Virus record (IMG/VR): IMGVR_UViG_3300035520_001075
Coordinates: 93,484-157,483 of that record
From: a virus
Lineage: Duplodnaviria > Caudoviricetes
Strand: one strand, 5' to 3'
Length of the DNA stretch: 64,000 nt
This document shows positions 40,356 through 50,596 of the stretch, in pieces. Below the pieces are notes generated by a model. The model did no database searches and was not told where the DNA came from. It saw only the letters and a list, made by a program, of their open reading frames with translations. A program made the position numbers and the translations under genes. Every line of letters begins with the position of its first letter. The stretch's first letter is position 1.

Positions 40356-40769
40356 ATGGTTAAAATATCAAAACATTCTTTTAATATTGCGATGAAAGAA
40401 TTCAAGGAAGAAGTTGATAGAAGACATTCCTTTATTGATAAATTAAAATTAAAGTATCCAGAATCGGAAGACATTATTAAAGACGTTGAGAATGAAGTGT
40501 TTGGACATAATTTTAATATGTTCTTCATTAATATTGTAAATAGATTGCTTGAAGCAAATTATCCTTGTATAAATAATCTTTCAATATTAGAATATTTTGC
40601 TACAATGCCTGAATGCGATTTAAGTAAATTTGCTAATTCTATAAACAAGGGTTATGTTCTTAAAGAAAAGAGCATAGTTCCAGTTGAATTTTCTTCTTAT
40701 GGAGACCTTTATGACTATATTTTAACATCAGCCAATAAGGAATATCCTTCTCCAGACTTTGACCTTTAA
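40356..40769 (+). CDS. Hypothetical protein, paralog of 34574 and 43061
   Basis: ISK..F...M..F and SYGDLYDYI. Confidence 0.7.
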   Translation: MVKISKHSFNIAMKEFKEEVDRRHSFIDKLKLKYPESEDIIKDVENEVFGHNFNMFFINIVNRLLEANYPCINNLSILEYFATMPECDLSKFANSINKGYVLKEKSIVPVEFSSYGDLYDYILTSANKEYPSPDFDL

Positions 40770-40920
40770 AATCTAAAGGGGGATTCGTTCTACATAGTTC
40801 TATCGAAATTAAATGAGGAGAACTGTATAATAAATTAAAATCTCTACCCCTAAAAAGATTTTACTTTTTCTACGGATTATGATATAATTATTATAGTAAA
40901 TGAGAAAAGGAGTAAAATAA

Positions 40921-41124
40921 ATGAGCAAATACATTAGTTTTGAAAAGGCAATGAGAATTTTTCTTGGACAGGACTTTGATTCTAACTATAATAAAGATGA
41001 CCCAGATTGTCTTTATTTTTGCTGTCCAGAATGTACAGACCCAATTTATAGAGATGATTATCCAAAACTTGAAGTTTCAGGTGGAGTTTTAATTTGTCCT
41101 ATTTGTGGTTCAGAATTAGAATAA
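40921..41124 (+). CDS. Zinc-ribbon protein
   Basis: CPEC...CPIC. Confidence 0.65.
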   Translation: MSKYISFEKAMRIFLGQDFDSNYNKDDPDCLYFCCPECTDPIYRDDYPKLEVSGGVLICPICGSELE

Positions 41125-41245
41125 AATTCATAATAAAGAAAAGATTTTACTTTTCTTTCAGATTATGGTATAATTATTATAGTAAATGAGATAAAAGAAA
41201 AAAAATAAAGCACCTACTGCTAAGTGTAGGAGAAATGAGGATTAT

Positions 41246-41590
41246 ATGAACACAACTCTTTATGCTACAATTAACAGCACATCAATCAAATCAACTGCTC
41301 GTGCAACAACAGTAGACCTTGTTTATAAGGCTCTTGTTGACGCTCTTGGTGCAGATAATGTTTCAATGGTGGGTAGCGGCGATATTGCTATCAATACAGG
41401 AATTTCTCCTAATAACACAGAAGTGAACTGCGTTGTAAGTATTTCTGCTAAGGATTTTTATGATAGAAAAACAAAGTCAAAGGTATTCACAACTTATGAC
41501 AGAGCCGCAGAGGCAGCCGCTTATCAGAACAAGCTTGCTGAGAAAGCAGAAAGCAAGAAGAGAAAGAAAGAGGGCTTTGAAGAGGCTTAA
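41246..41590 (+). CDS. Hypothetical protein, family with 41674, 52412, 55803 and 60211
   Basis: IKS.AR......L...LG.DNV..V; KDF.DRKTKSKVF; lysine-rich tail. Confidence 0.7.
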   Translation: MNTTLYATINSTSIKSTARATTVDLVYKALVDALGADNVSMVGSGDIAINTGISPNNTEVNCVVSISAKDFYDRKTKSKVFTTYDRAAEAAAYQNKLAEKAESKKRKKEGFEEA

Positions 41591-41673
41591 TTTAAACTTC
41601 TTAGCCGCCAATTAATTCTAAGAAAAGGAATTATCTCCTTTTCTAAAACCCCTATTTAGAAAGGAAAACGATT

Positions 41674-42033
41674 ATGAGAGATTATAGAGAACTTAACATT
41701 TCAGGAACAAAGAAAGCCGTTAGAGAAGACATTACACAGGAAATTCTTGAATTCCTCCAGTCAAAATACGATGTTGCAGTTAAGGTTGAATCTAATGTAA
41801 TTGCTATCTATGCTGGCATTGGAAAAGACCCAGATGGATTTGAAGTTGATGTTCCAGCATTAATTAAAGTCTCGTGTCCATCTTTTTATGATAAAGAACC
41901 TACAAGTGCTAACGGAAGAACAATTGTTAAATATGATGTCGAGGAAGAAGCCAGAGTTTATGAAGACACTGTAAAAGCTAAAGCCGCAAAGAAGAAATCA
42001 AAGAAAACAAAAGAAACTCCCGCAGCAGAATAA
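41674..42033 (+). CDS. Hypothetical protein, same family as 41246
   Basis: DGFE.D...KV, E.A..Y and basic tail. Confidence 0.7.
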   Translation: MRDYRELNISGTKKAVREDITQEILEFLQSKYDVAVKVESNVIAIYAGIGKDPDGFEVDVPALIKVSCPSFYDKEPTSANGRTIVKYDVEEEARVYEDTVKAKAAKKKSKKTKETPAAE

Positions 42034-42148
42034 TCAAGGGCGGGATTCAAATTCCGCCTTTCTTTTTTAGAATGATGTTATTTGAAATCTCTATTCTAAT
42101 CGCTACTTTTTAAATAAGAAATTTTCCAAATAAAGAGGTGAAATTAAT

Positions 42149-42940
42149 TTGGAACGTTATATTTATAAAGTAATGAAGTATTTAGAACATTCAAAAACTC
42201 ATTATTTAATTTCAGTTGATGAAGATACTTATGAGAATGAGTTTAATAAGCAAGACAAAATCATAACTAATGATGTAATTAAAAACATTCTCATTAAATA
42301 TAATTTTCTTTGTTCTATAACGGCAGATTCTGAAACTGAACTCGCCGCCAAGTATAAAGAAATTGTTGACCAAGAAAGTTGCAGTTTATATTTTGAAGAT
42401 AGTGAAGGAAATTTATTACTTCTCGTCGACCCAAATGGAACTCGACACGTGAATGTGAGAACAGCACATAAATTTCCAAATGAAAAAACGGTTGCTCTTA
42501 GAAAAAGAGAAAATAAACCAGTTATTGTTAGAAAAGCAAAAGACAAACCGAAGAAAGAGAATCTCGATAAGACAGATTCTAAGACATTTCTTTCAGAAGA
42601 ATCTTTAAAAGAATGGAGATGCCGCTACTTTGACCTTATTAATTTAAATTATGAGGTGGAAGATGCAATATTTATTAGTTTTGTTTTAACCTATAATAAG
42701 TTTATCTCTGATAATGAAATATCAGAGGATTGCTACTCTTATTGGTATAAAGACCAAACAGTTTATAAGCACCCAGTTAAGATAATGAACGATGCACAGT
42801 ATGATTACTACATTAAACCTATATTAAGTGGGGCGGCAAAGAATTTTGATGTGAATGGTTTCTTTTATTGTTCTTTAGACTATGAAAGTTTATTGAAAAA
42901 TTATTATGACTATAAGTTTTACTTTTACCACGGAATATAA
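42149..42940 (+). CDS. Hypothetical protein
   Basis: GAGGTGA RBS; 263 aa. Confidence 0.7.
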   Translation: MERYIYKVMKYLEHSKTHYLISVDEDTYENEFNKQDKIITNDVIKNILIKYNFLCSITADSETELAAKYKEIVDQESCSLYFEDSEGNLLLLVDPNGTRHVNVRTAHKFPNEKTVALRKRENKPVIVRKAKDKPKKENLDKTDSKTFLSEESLKEWRCRYFDLINLNYEVEDAIFISFVLTYNKFISDNEISEDCYSYWYKDQTVYKHPVKIMNDAQYDYYIKPILSGAAKNFDVNGFFYCSLDYESLLKNYYDYKFYFYHGI

Positions 42941-43060
42941 GATTTAGCTGGAGCGATGCAATAGTATCGCTCTTTTATTTTTATTTTACTTTTCTAACAA
43001 GTTATGGTATAATTATTATAGTAAATAAGAAAAGACCCTAAAAATAAAAAGGAGAAAAAT

Positions 43061-43402
43061 ATGATTAGTAAAGAATTATTTTGTAAGACAATGAGGGAAT
43101 TTAAAGTGTGTTATAAAAGAAGAGATGAATTTCTTGATAAATTAGATTCTGTTTTTCCTTCTGCCGCCGACCAGATTTTAAATATTGGTTTTGATGGTGT
43201 TATTTTTAATTTGCTTAATGATTTACTTGAAGACAAATTTAACATAACTGAATTCTTTGTTTATGATAGTCTTTTTGATTTTAACAGATTCAACTACTTC
43301 CGCTTAATTAAAAATAAAACAGATTGTGTCCCAGTAAATTCTTATGAAGAACTTTATGATTATATAATAAAAGTAAATAAGAAAAAAGATTTTACTTTCT
43401 AA
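43061..43402 (+). CDS. Hypothetical protein, paralog of 34574 and 40356
   Basis: ISKELFCKTM; SYEELYDYI. Confidence 0.7.
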   Translation: MISKELFCKTMREFKVCYKRRDEFLDKLDSVFPSAADQILNIGFDGVIFNLLNDLLEDKFNITEFFVYDSLFDFNRFNYFRLIKNKTDCVPVNSYEELYDYIIKVNKKKDFTF

Positions 43403-43469
43403 GCAATCTATGGTATAATTATTATAGTAAATGAGAAAAGAAACTAATCCTGAAAGGACAATTTATTAT

Positions 43470-44900
43470 ATGAATAAAATAAAATCAGCATTTCCATCAG
43501 CCGCAGTTTATAAATCAACATCAAGTACAACATTAATGAATTTCTTAGAAATGCCAGCAGATTGTAAGAGTTGGCTTCTCCATAAATTTACTGATGGAAG
43601 CGGCAAGCTCGATGCTTTTGCTCTAAGTGAATATGTAAAGGAAATGAGATTAAAGCCTGATGAGTGGAACATTCGTTTATTAGAAGCACGCCACTCTTCA
43701 AAAGGCTCAATTAAACTTCTTACTAAAGTAATAATTGAATTTGATTATGCTCATGACCTAATTTGTTTCTCACTTCCTGAATATGGTTTTCCTAAGAAAA
43801 AGGCAGAAGCACAAGTTGATTGGAGTGTTGTGTCAGAGAATAAGAAATTTCTTCTAACACCAGAAGGAGCTTGGGGAGAAATTACTTTAACCTACGATTG
43901 TGGAATTATCAATCTCGAAGACTTTACTCCACTTTGCCCATATTCTTTTGACCTTAACGATTATAGAAACGCAAGAAAGAATTTCTCAACAAAAGAATGG
44001 ATTGATGTTCTTCTCGCAGGATTAAACTTTAATCCAGACCATATGGACGAAGAAGCAAAATTAACTCTTCTCCAAAGATTTCTTCCTTTTGTTGAGAAAC
44101 GTTTGAACACAATTGAATTGGCTATAAAAGGTTCAGGAAAAAGTTATTGCTATTCTCAGCTATCTCAGCACAATTGGCTTGTAGGCGGCGGCTCTGTTTC
44201 AAGAGCAACAGCATTCTACAATAACACAACAAAGAAAGCAGGCTATTTCTCAACAAGCTCTCAGGTAATTTGGGACGAAGTTCAAACAATTAAATGCAAT
44301 TCTCCAGAAGAAATGGGAGGGGCATTAAAGTCTTATCTTGAAAACGGAGAAATTAGAATTGGAAGCTATTGCGGCACAGCGGACGCAGGATTAACCCTTA
44401 TTGGCAATATTCCTTGCTCTCAATTCTCAATAGACAAATCAAATATGTTTAAGACATTACCAAAGTTTCTTAAAGAATCTGCCTTAATTGACCGTTTCGC
44501 AGGAATAATTGAGGGTTGGAAAATTGGCAGATTTACAGAAGACAGAAAGATGGAAGGCTGGGCAATTTCAACAAATTACCTTACTGAAATTTTTAATATG
44601 ATGAGAGACGAATTCTACTATAGAGCAATTGTTGATGAGTTAATTGAAGTTGATGGAAATTGTGATACAAGAAATCTTGAGGCAATTAAGAAGCTTGCGA
44701 CCGCCTATTTAAAATTACTTTTTCCAGATGTTCGTTCGGCAGAAGACGTTAATATAAAGGATTTTAGAGATTATTGCTTAGACCCAGCTATTAGATTAAG
44801 ATGGAGTGTTCTTTGTCAGCTAAGATTTTTAGACGAAGAATATGAAGATGTTAAGATGCCGTCATTAAGAATTAAAGGAGAAGAAAAGATTGGGGACTAA
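43470..44900 (+). CDS. BrxL-like (MCM-type AAA+) ATPase without the Lon protease domain
   Basis: R..FS..EWIDVLL, L.RFLPFVE..LN.IEL, KGSGKSY, WDEV, SALIDRF..II.GW, R...AI.K....LKLLFP. Confidence 0.75.
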   Translation: MNKIKSAFPSAAVYKSTSSTTLMNFLEMPADCKSWLLHKFTDGSGKLDAFALSEYVKEMRLKPDEWNIRLLEARHSSKGSIKLLTKVIIEFDYAHDLICFSLPEYGFPKKKAEAQVDWSVVSENKKFLLTPEGAWGEITLTYDCGIINLEDFTPLCPYSFDLNDYRNARKNFSTKEWIDVLLAGLNFNPDHMDEEAKLTLLQRFLPFVEKRLNTIELAIKGSGKSYCYSQLSQHNWLVGGGSVSRATAFYNNTTKKAGYFSTSSQVIWDEVQTIKCNSPEEMGGALKSYLENGEIRIGSYCGTADAGLTLIGNIPCSQFSIDKSNMFKTLPKFLKESALIDRFAGIIEGWKIGRFTEDRKMEGWAISTNYLTEIFNMMRDEFYYRAIVDELIEVDGNCDTRNLEAIKKLATAYLKLLFPDVRSAEDVNIKDFRDYCLDPAIRLRWSVLCQLRFLDEEYEDVKMPSLRIKGEEKIGD

Positions 44901-44972
44901 ATAAGATTTTACTTTCTAAGTAGATTGTGGTATAATTATTATAGTAAGTGAGAAAAGGAAAGGAAAACTATT

Positions 44973-45245
44973 ATGAAGAAATTAGTAGAAGAAATCATTA
45001 CAATTGAAGATAAAAAGTATCTCCACTTAACAACAAAGATATTTAAAAAGAATATCTTCCCTTATCTTTTAGAAGAGGGGCTGCCGCTAATGGTTGCGGA
45101 TACTATTATAAAAGAAATTAATAAAAAGAAAAATGAATATAAAACAACGTTCTATGACCCTGACCTTAATAAGTCTTTAATCTGCTACCAGTTTTCTTAT
45201 AAAAAATATACTCTTGATGTACTCTACTTAATAAAGGAAGACTAA
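44973..45245 (+). CDS. Hypothetical protein
   Basis: Promoter and RBS. Confidence 0.65.
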   Translation: MKKLVEEIITIEDKKYLHLTTKIFKKNIFPYLLEEGLPLMVADTIIKEINKKKNEYKTTFYDPDLNKSLICYQFSYKKYTLDVLYLIKED

Positions 45246-45335
45246 GAAAAGATTTTACTTTCTAAATAAGTTATGGTATAATTATTATAGTAAATGAGAG
45301 AGGAAGATAAATTCGTAAGCAAAAAGGAGAAAATT

Positions 45336-45761
45336 ATGAGAAGTAATAAAGATTTAAAACTCCAGAAATTTATAATAGACCTCTTAAATAAAGATGAGGT
45401 TTGCTTAAAATATATTGTTAATGGAGAAAATTTCTATGGTAGTAAGTACTTTGTAAGAAAAGTTCCTACATTATATCTTAATGAAACTTTCTTCAAAAGC
45501 AATACACCTTCAAATGATTTTGTTAATGACTATTCTCTTGTAGAGAGACAAGAACAGAAGTCAGAAATAAAGATGGGTCGCCGCAAAATTAAGCCTATTA
45601 CATTCTATAGCGGCGAGAAGGAAGTAAACGTTGACCCAAAATTTTTAGAATACTTTGAAGATGATTGCTCTTACTACATTAAAAATGCTTATTCCGCCAT
45701 CGTAGTAAAATTAAAAGAGGAAACAATTGGTTTTATAATGCCGTTAATCTTAAGTAAATAA
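45336..45761 (+). CDS. Hypothetical protein
   Basis: AAGGAG RBS before ATG 45336. Confidence 0.65.
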   Translation: MRSNKDLKLQKFIIDLLNKDEVCLKYIVNGENFYGSKYFVRKVPTLYLNETFFKSNTPSNDFVNDYSLVERQEQKSEIKMGRRKIKPITFYSGEKEVNVDPKFLEYFEDDCSYYIKNAYSAIVVKLKEETIGFIMPLILSK

Positions 45762-45775
45762 GGAGAGAAAATAAA

Positions 45776-46201
45776 ATGGGAGCTTATTATCCAGAATTTA
45801 TAATTCGTATTCAAACAAATCAAATACTGAGTAAGGGAGAATGGACTTCTTTATTAGATGAAATGGACGCTGCCTTTTGTGATAGTCTTAGTCTTTGTTC
45901 TTCTTTTACAAATGTAATTTATGAATCTTCTCTTGACTACGTTTATTTTAACCTAAACGACTTAAAAAGAGATTTAAACGAATATCGAGTAGCATTCCTC
46001 TATCTTTCTCTAAAATTTCCAGAATATGACTTTTTCGTAATTCGTAAAAGCTATCTTCAATTTGAATATGAAGAAAATTTCTTCAAAGGCGGCAAAGTCA
46101 TTACCAAGAAAGCAGAAATGGTCTTTCCTCAATGGGCGGAGGGAGAGCTTAAAGAAATTGGAATTAAAAATAAAGATTATTTTGAAGATTTTCTTTCCTA
46201 A
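45776..46201 (+). CDS. Hypothetical protein
   Basis: AAGGAG RBS. Confidence 0.65.
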   Translation: MGAYYPEFIIRIQTNQILSKGEWTSLLDEMDAAFCDSLSLCSSFTNVIYESSLDYVYFNLNDLKRDLNEYRVAFLYLSLKFPEYDFFVIRKSYLQFEYEENFFKGGKVITKKAEMVFPQWAEGELKEIGIKNKDYFEDFLS

Positions 46202-46374
46202 AAAGATTTTACTTTTCTCCTAAACTATGGTATAATTATTATAGTAAATGAGAAAAGGAAATAAATAAAATTTCCCCAAATGAAGCCAATAAAAAGATTT
46301 TACTTTTCTTATAGATTATGGTATAATTATTATAGTAAATAAGAAAAGCACTTAAATAAAAAGGAGAAAAACTT

Positions 46375-46698
46375 ATGTTAATAAGAGTAGTTGAAACTGG
46401 AAAAGTATTAAATGAAAAAGAACTTCGTGAGTTCCTTTATGAAGAGACACAAGAAGAAGACATTCAGGAATATCTCAATAATACTTATCCACCTGTTGAA
46501 CTTCCTTTATATGGAGCAACTCCAGCAGGAGACGTATTAATGAAGTTTCTTCCGGATTATCCAGATGATTACGAAATTTTTGTTGAGAAATATGTTCGTT
46601 ATTATTACGACAACATTATTTATGAACTCAAAAATTTCGTTGGTGCAAATTATGCTTACTTTAAGTATTATACTTTAGAGTTAGCTGAGAAAGATTAA
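46375..46698 (+). CDS. Acidic hypothetical protein, tandem paralog of 46765
   Basis: TGK.L.E..LRE..Y.ET.EE; PV.LP..G.T..GD. Confidence 0.7.
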   Translation: MLIRVVETGKVLNEKELREFLYEETQEEDIQEYLNNTYPPVELPLYGATPAGDVLMKFLPDYPDDYEIFVEKYVRYYYDNIIYELKNFVGANYAYFKYYTLELAEKD

Positions 46699-46764
46699 TC
46701 ACTCAGCCGCCAAACGAAAAATAGAAACCTTAAGAAACCCTTAAATAGTAAAGGAGAAAAGCTT

Positions 46765-47076
46765 ATGTTAATAGGAATTATAGGAACTGGAAAAACTTTA
46801 ACTGAAGACGACCTCAGAGAATTAATCTATAAAGAAACAACAGAAGAAGAGATAGTAGATTTCTTCAACGAATGCTATGCTCCAGTTGACCTCCCATTCT
46901 TTGGTTCAACTGAAGTCGGGGATATCATGATAAAAATGTTGTCCCCAATGGATTATGAATTCGTAAGAGAAGATTATGTTGAAATGATTTATGAAGACCT
47001 TATCTACTCTCTGAGAACTTATGATGACAATTACTTTAAAGGCTATAACCTTGTATTGTTGGAAGATGAGGATTAA
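46765..47076 (+). CDS. Acidic hypothetical protein, tandem paralog of 46375
   Basis: Same motifs as 46375; the RBS region is also duplicated. Confidence 0.7.
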   Translation: MLIGIIGTGKTLTEDDLRELIYKETTEEEIVDFFNECYAPVDLPFFGSTEVGDIMIKMLSPMDYEFVREDYVEMIYEDLIYSLRTYDDNYFKGYNLVLLEDED

Positions 47077-47192
47077 CTCATCTTTCCTCTCACCGCCAGC
47101 AAAAGCACAAATTAACCTCTAAAATCTATTTTACATTTCAAGTAATTTGTGTTATAATTATTATAGTAAATGAGAAAAGGAGATAAAATCTT

Positions 47193-47903
47193 ATGACATA
47201 TAATACCAACGAAGTACTTGAAATAGTAAAAGAATGTTTAGGGGAAAATCCAAAAGGAATCTTCGCCGCAGAAGCTTGGATTACTGATGGAATTGATTCT
47301 CCATTCTACACAGACTTCAACCTCAAAAACGAACTAAAAGAATCACCAAACTACACAATCAAAAGCGGCTGCACAAGAGTTGTAATAATTCCAAACGATA
47401 AACCTTACGTAATAAAGCTCCCAATCACAGGAATCTACGACAACAAAACAATCCAAAGAGTCCTTAACGAAGAAACTTGCGATGCGTTTTCAAATGAAAT
47501 TGGCTACTATGACGATGCTTCAGAAGACCTTCAATCCTTTCTTCTTCCAAATATCTACATTTGCTCAGAAGGAGAAGTTCCAATCTATATCCAAGAAAAA
47601 ATTGCTGGTTCATTCTGCGACTTCTATTCAATCGAAGAAAACTTCAAACAAACTTGCAAGTTAAAGCCAGAAGATGCTCGCATTATCTATCGAATCCAAG
47701 AAGCCTCAAACACTGACCTCTTCAAACCAATCTTCATTAAAGACCTTGGCGTTGAATATGGAGAAGCAAAAGCAATTAGAATTCTCAAAGAAATAAAAGA
47801 CCTCCAGATAATGGACATTCATGGAAATAACTACGGTTATACTCGTAGCGGTCGTCCTTGCTTGTTCGACTATGGCGAAATTGACGATGATATGTGGATA
47901 TGA
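47193..47903 (+). CDS. Protein kinase-like protein, paralog of 32346
   Basis: GCTRVV, YVIKLP, QE, DIHGNNYG, FDYG. Confidence 0.65.
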   Translation: MTYNTNEVLEIVKECLGENPKGIFAAEAWITDGIDSPFYTDFNLKNELKESPNYTIKSGCTRVVIIPNDKPYVIKLPITGIYDNKTIQRVLNEETCDAFSNEIGYYDDASEDLQSFLLPNIYICSEGEVPIYIQEKIAGSFCDFYSIEENFKQTCKLKPEDARIIYRIQEASNTDLFKPIFIKDLGVEYGEAKAIRILKEIKDLQIMDIHGNNYGYTRSGRPCLFDYGEIDDDMWI

Positions 47904-47947
47904 TGCGGCGATATTTCAACTCGCCGCCTGAAAGGAGATTAGATTAA

Positions 47948-48169
47948 ATGGACGTAATTACAAAAGTTGCTTACTTAGGACAGTTAGCAAAACGAACAGA
48001 CGATGAAGACATCTCAAAACTCTTTAACGAACTCCAGCAAGACCTAATTGAACTTAGCCGTCTTAAATCAGAAAAATTCAAATTTAAAAAACACTTCAAA
48101 GTCCAAAGTGAAAACATTCGATTGGCTTTAGACTCTTTAGCAGACTCAATAGACAATTTCATTGATTAA
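47948..48169 (+). CDS. Coiled-coil hypothetical protein, paralog of 48186
   Basis: MDVITKVAYLGQLA..LFNELQ.DL.EL. Confidence 0.65.
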   Translation: MDVITKVAYLGQLAKRTDDEDISKLFNELQQDLIELSRLKSEKFKFKKHFKVQSENIRLALDSLADSIDNFID

Positions 48170-48185
48170 AGAAAGGAACATCACT

Positions 48186-48377
48186 ATGGATTTAATTAAT
48201 AAAATAACCTACTTAGGACAATTAGCAGACGGCATAATCTCCAGTGAGAATTGCTTGAGTCTCTTCAACGAACTCCAGTTAGACTTGGTTGAACTCTTTA
48301 ATCTTCGAGACGAAAACGAAGCTCTTAAAGCAGAAATTGAACGACTTCAGAAAATTATAGATGGTGATAAAACTTGA
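48186..48377 (+). CDS. Coiled-coil hypothetical protein, paralog of 47948
   Basis: MDLINKITYLGQLA..LFNELQ.DL.EL. Confidence 0.65.
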   Translation: MDLINKITYLGQLADGIISSENCLSLFNELQLDLVELFNLRDENEALKAEIERLQKIIDGDKT

Positions 48378-48489
48378 AAATGCCCTCGCCGCCAGTAAGG
48401 GAATTAAAAAATTTTTTCTGCGGTGAATGGAAAAGTTTAGAGAAAATGGGGAGGCTCAGCACTTAGAGATTGAATTAGGGAGAGCATTA

Positions 48490-48850
48490 TTAATATATAG
48501 TAGTAATAATAGTAGTAATATTATAATAGTATTATAATAGTAATAATAAGAGAAGAAAGGAAAATTACTATGAGAGTAGAAGCAATGAAGAATAAGAGAG
48601 AAGTAAGAGAAGAGAGAGAAAGAGAAATAGTGAGAAGAGAAAGAAAAGAAAGAAGAAAAGAAAGAGAAATAAAAGAAAGAGAGAAGAGAAGAGTAAAGAG
48701 AGTTATGAGAAGGGGAGAGGAGATTTAGGAAGAAAGAGAAGAGAGAGAAGAAAGTAAAAAGAGAAGAATAAAATAAAATAATAAAAACGAGAGTAATAAA
48801 ATAAGAGTAGCAAAATAAGAATAATAAAATAAGAATAATAAAATAAGGGG
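48490..48850 (+). repeat. Low-complexity polypurine tract preceded by a (TAG/TAA)n run
   Basis: About 300 nt almost entirely A/G on the + strand. Confidence 0.8.
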
Positions 48851-48909
48851 AGAATCCCAAGAGTACTACTATGAGGGGTTCCCTAAAAATAAGGAGATGG
48901 AAAATAGAA

Positions 48910-49851
48910 ATGGTCGGCATTTATAAAATCACAAATCAGCAAAATCAAAAAAGTTATATTGGTCAAAGTATTCATTGTGGAAAAAGATTTGATGAACATT
49001 ATAAAGGAAATTAGTTAATTGATTAGATAATTCAAATAGAAGGAATTGAGAATTTTTCTTTTGAAATTTTAAAAGAAGTTTCTATGGACAATTTAAGTTA
49101 TTGGGAAGATTATTATATTATAAAATATAAAACCTTATTTCCTAATGGATATAATAAAAGATTTAATTGTAAAGAAGAAGTTAGAAATAGAATTCTAAAA
49201 AAATTAAAAGAAGACGAGCAACAAGCAATTAATTCTAAATCAGCAACGCAAATTTATTTTCCTGCGTCTAAAAGAGAATTAAAAAATATGGAATATGGCG
49301 ATGCCATTTATACGTGGCTTTTATTACATTCTCACTATAATATAAATAAGAATTGTAATTGTATTTATAAAGCGGATTTTACATATGAAGCAATTGGAAA
49401 AGATATTGGAAGAACAAGACAAACCGTTTCAAAAAGGTTAAAGAAATTATTATCATCTTCAGACAGGAGGGGAGAAGAAAATCTCATAGTAGAAAGTGAT
49501 AAGTGTTATCTTTTGCCTTACTTTAAGGGCTCTCAGATTTTAGATAAAGAACTTGTTTTAAGATTGCTTAATTTTAGTAAGAACTCTTGTAATGAAGAAT
49601 TGATTAAAACTTATGTATGGTTGTTAAAAAAATATAAAAAAGAAGAAAAAGCAATTAGTTATGGAGATATAATTACGGCTTTTGGACATACTAAGGGGAA
49701 TAAGCAAGTCTATGATAGATATAAAAACAACTTTTCTATTCTACAAAAAGCAGGATTAGTTAAATTTAATACCTCTGCCATTGATTTAGAAAGGAATTTA
49801 CATGGAAAAACCCTACTGATGAACGAAATTAATGAAACAATAAAAAAATAA
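48910..49851 (+). CDS. GIY-YIG domain fused to a tandem wHTH (Rep-like) domain, 313 aa; TAG at 49012 and 49024
   Basis: AAGGAG RBS. MVGIYKITN..SYIGQS...N[Q]LID[Q]II; C-terminal part homologous to 50597. Confidence 0.8.
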
Positions 49852-49963
49852 AGTGCCCTTGATTTTAATCCGAGGGCTTCATTTTTTTGAATAAATTATG
49901 AATGAATCGGCGTAATTTTCTAAAAGAAGATGTCAAAAAGACTTGACAAAACTTTGTAAAACT

Positions 49964-50215
49964 GGAGGGGTTTAATTTTTTAAGAGGGCGGCAGAATTTT
50001 GGAGAGGCTTTAATTTTAAAAGAGGGGTTAGGACTTTTAAAGGGGTTAGGATTTTTAAAGAGGGGTAGTCCTGCTATGAGGGGTTGGATATTTTAAGAGG
50101 GGTTAGGTAGTTTAAGAGGGGACTTGAAATTTAGGAGGGGTTAGTTTAGTTAGAGGGGATTAGAATTTTAGGAGGGGATTGGAATTTTAGGAGGGGGATT
50201 AGAAAATTAGAGGCT
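49964..50215 (+). repeat. G4-run repeat block (AAGAGGGGTT-like, ~19-20 nt spacing)
   Basis: About 12 AGGGG motifs in an AT-rich context. Confidence 0.75.
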
Positions 50216-50367
50216 TTAAAATTCTTTGGGACTTTAGGGTTTCTTAAAATGAAATATTAAGCAGGAAATATTCTTTATTATTTTCCTGCTGGCGGCGACC
50301 CCAGTAATTCTATCTTCTTACTATTGCTCTTCCCTACTAAGCCAACAATAACTATAAATAATATATT

Positions 50368-50512
50368 AACCGTAGTATTTCCTGTCTATTAAACGTAGTA
50401 TTTCCTGTCTATTAACCGTAGTATTCCTGTATATTATTTGTAGTATTCCTGTATATTATTTGTAGTACCTGTATATTATTTGTAGTATTTCCTATATATT
50501 ATTTGTAGTACC
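50368..50512 (+). repeat. Iteron-like ~22-bp tandem repeats, candidate replication origin
   Basis: GTAGTAT(T)TCCTGT(C/A)TATTA x ~6-7, directly upstream of the wHTH gene. Confidence 0.6.
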
Positions 50513-50596
50513 AGCAGTACTAAAACTAAAAAGTTGTAATCTTTAGCTAATATTTTTACTTAATATATAGCAAAGCATAGCAGGAGGTGAAAAGCC

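Larger units (their letters stand above)
23400..47185 (+). promoter_or_regulatory. Repeated strong sigma-A-type promoter cassette, ~25 copies
   Basis: (AAGATT)TTTACT/TTGACT-N~14-TGNTATAAT-TATTATAGTAARTRAGAAAAGGAG. Copies near 23407, 27196, 27573, 27764, 29094, 30248, 31387, 35202, 35794, 36685, 39453, 40295, 40860, 41146, 42985, 43391, 44908, 45254, 46208, 46298 and 47130. Confidence 0.85.

Noticed and set aside
48456-48920. 154-aa minus-strand ORF rich in F/S/L/Y
   Set aside because: Product of the low-complexity purine tract; no RBS.
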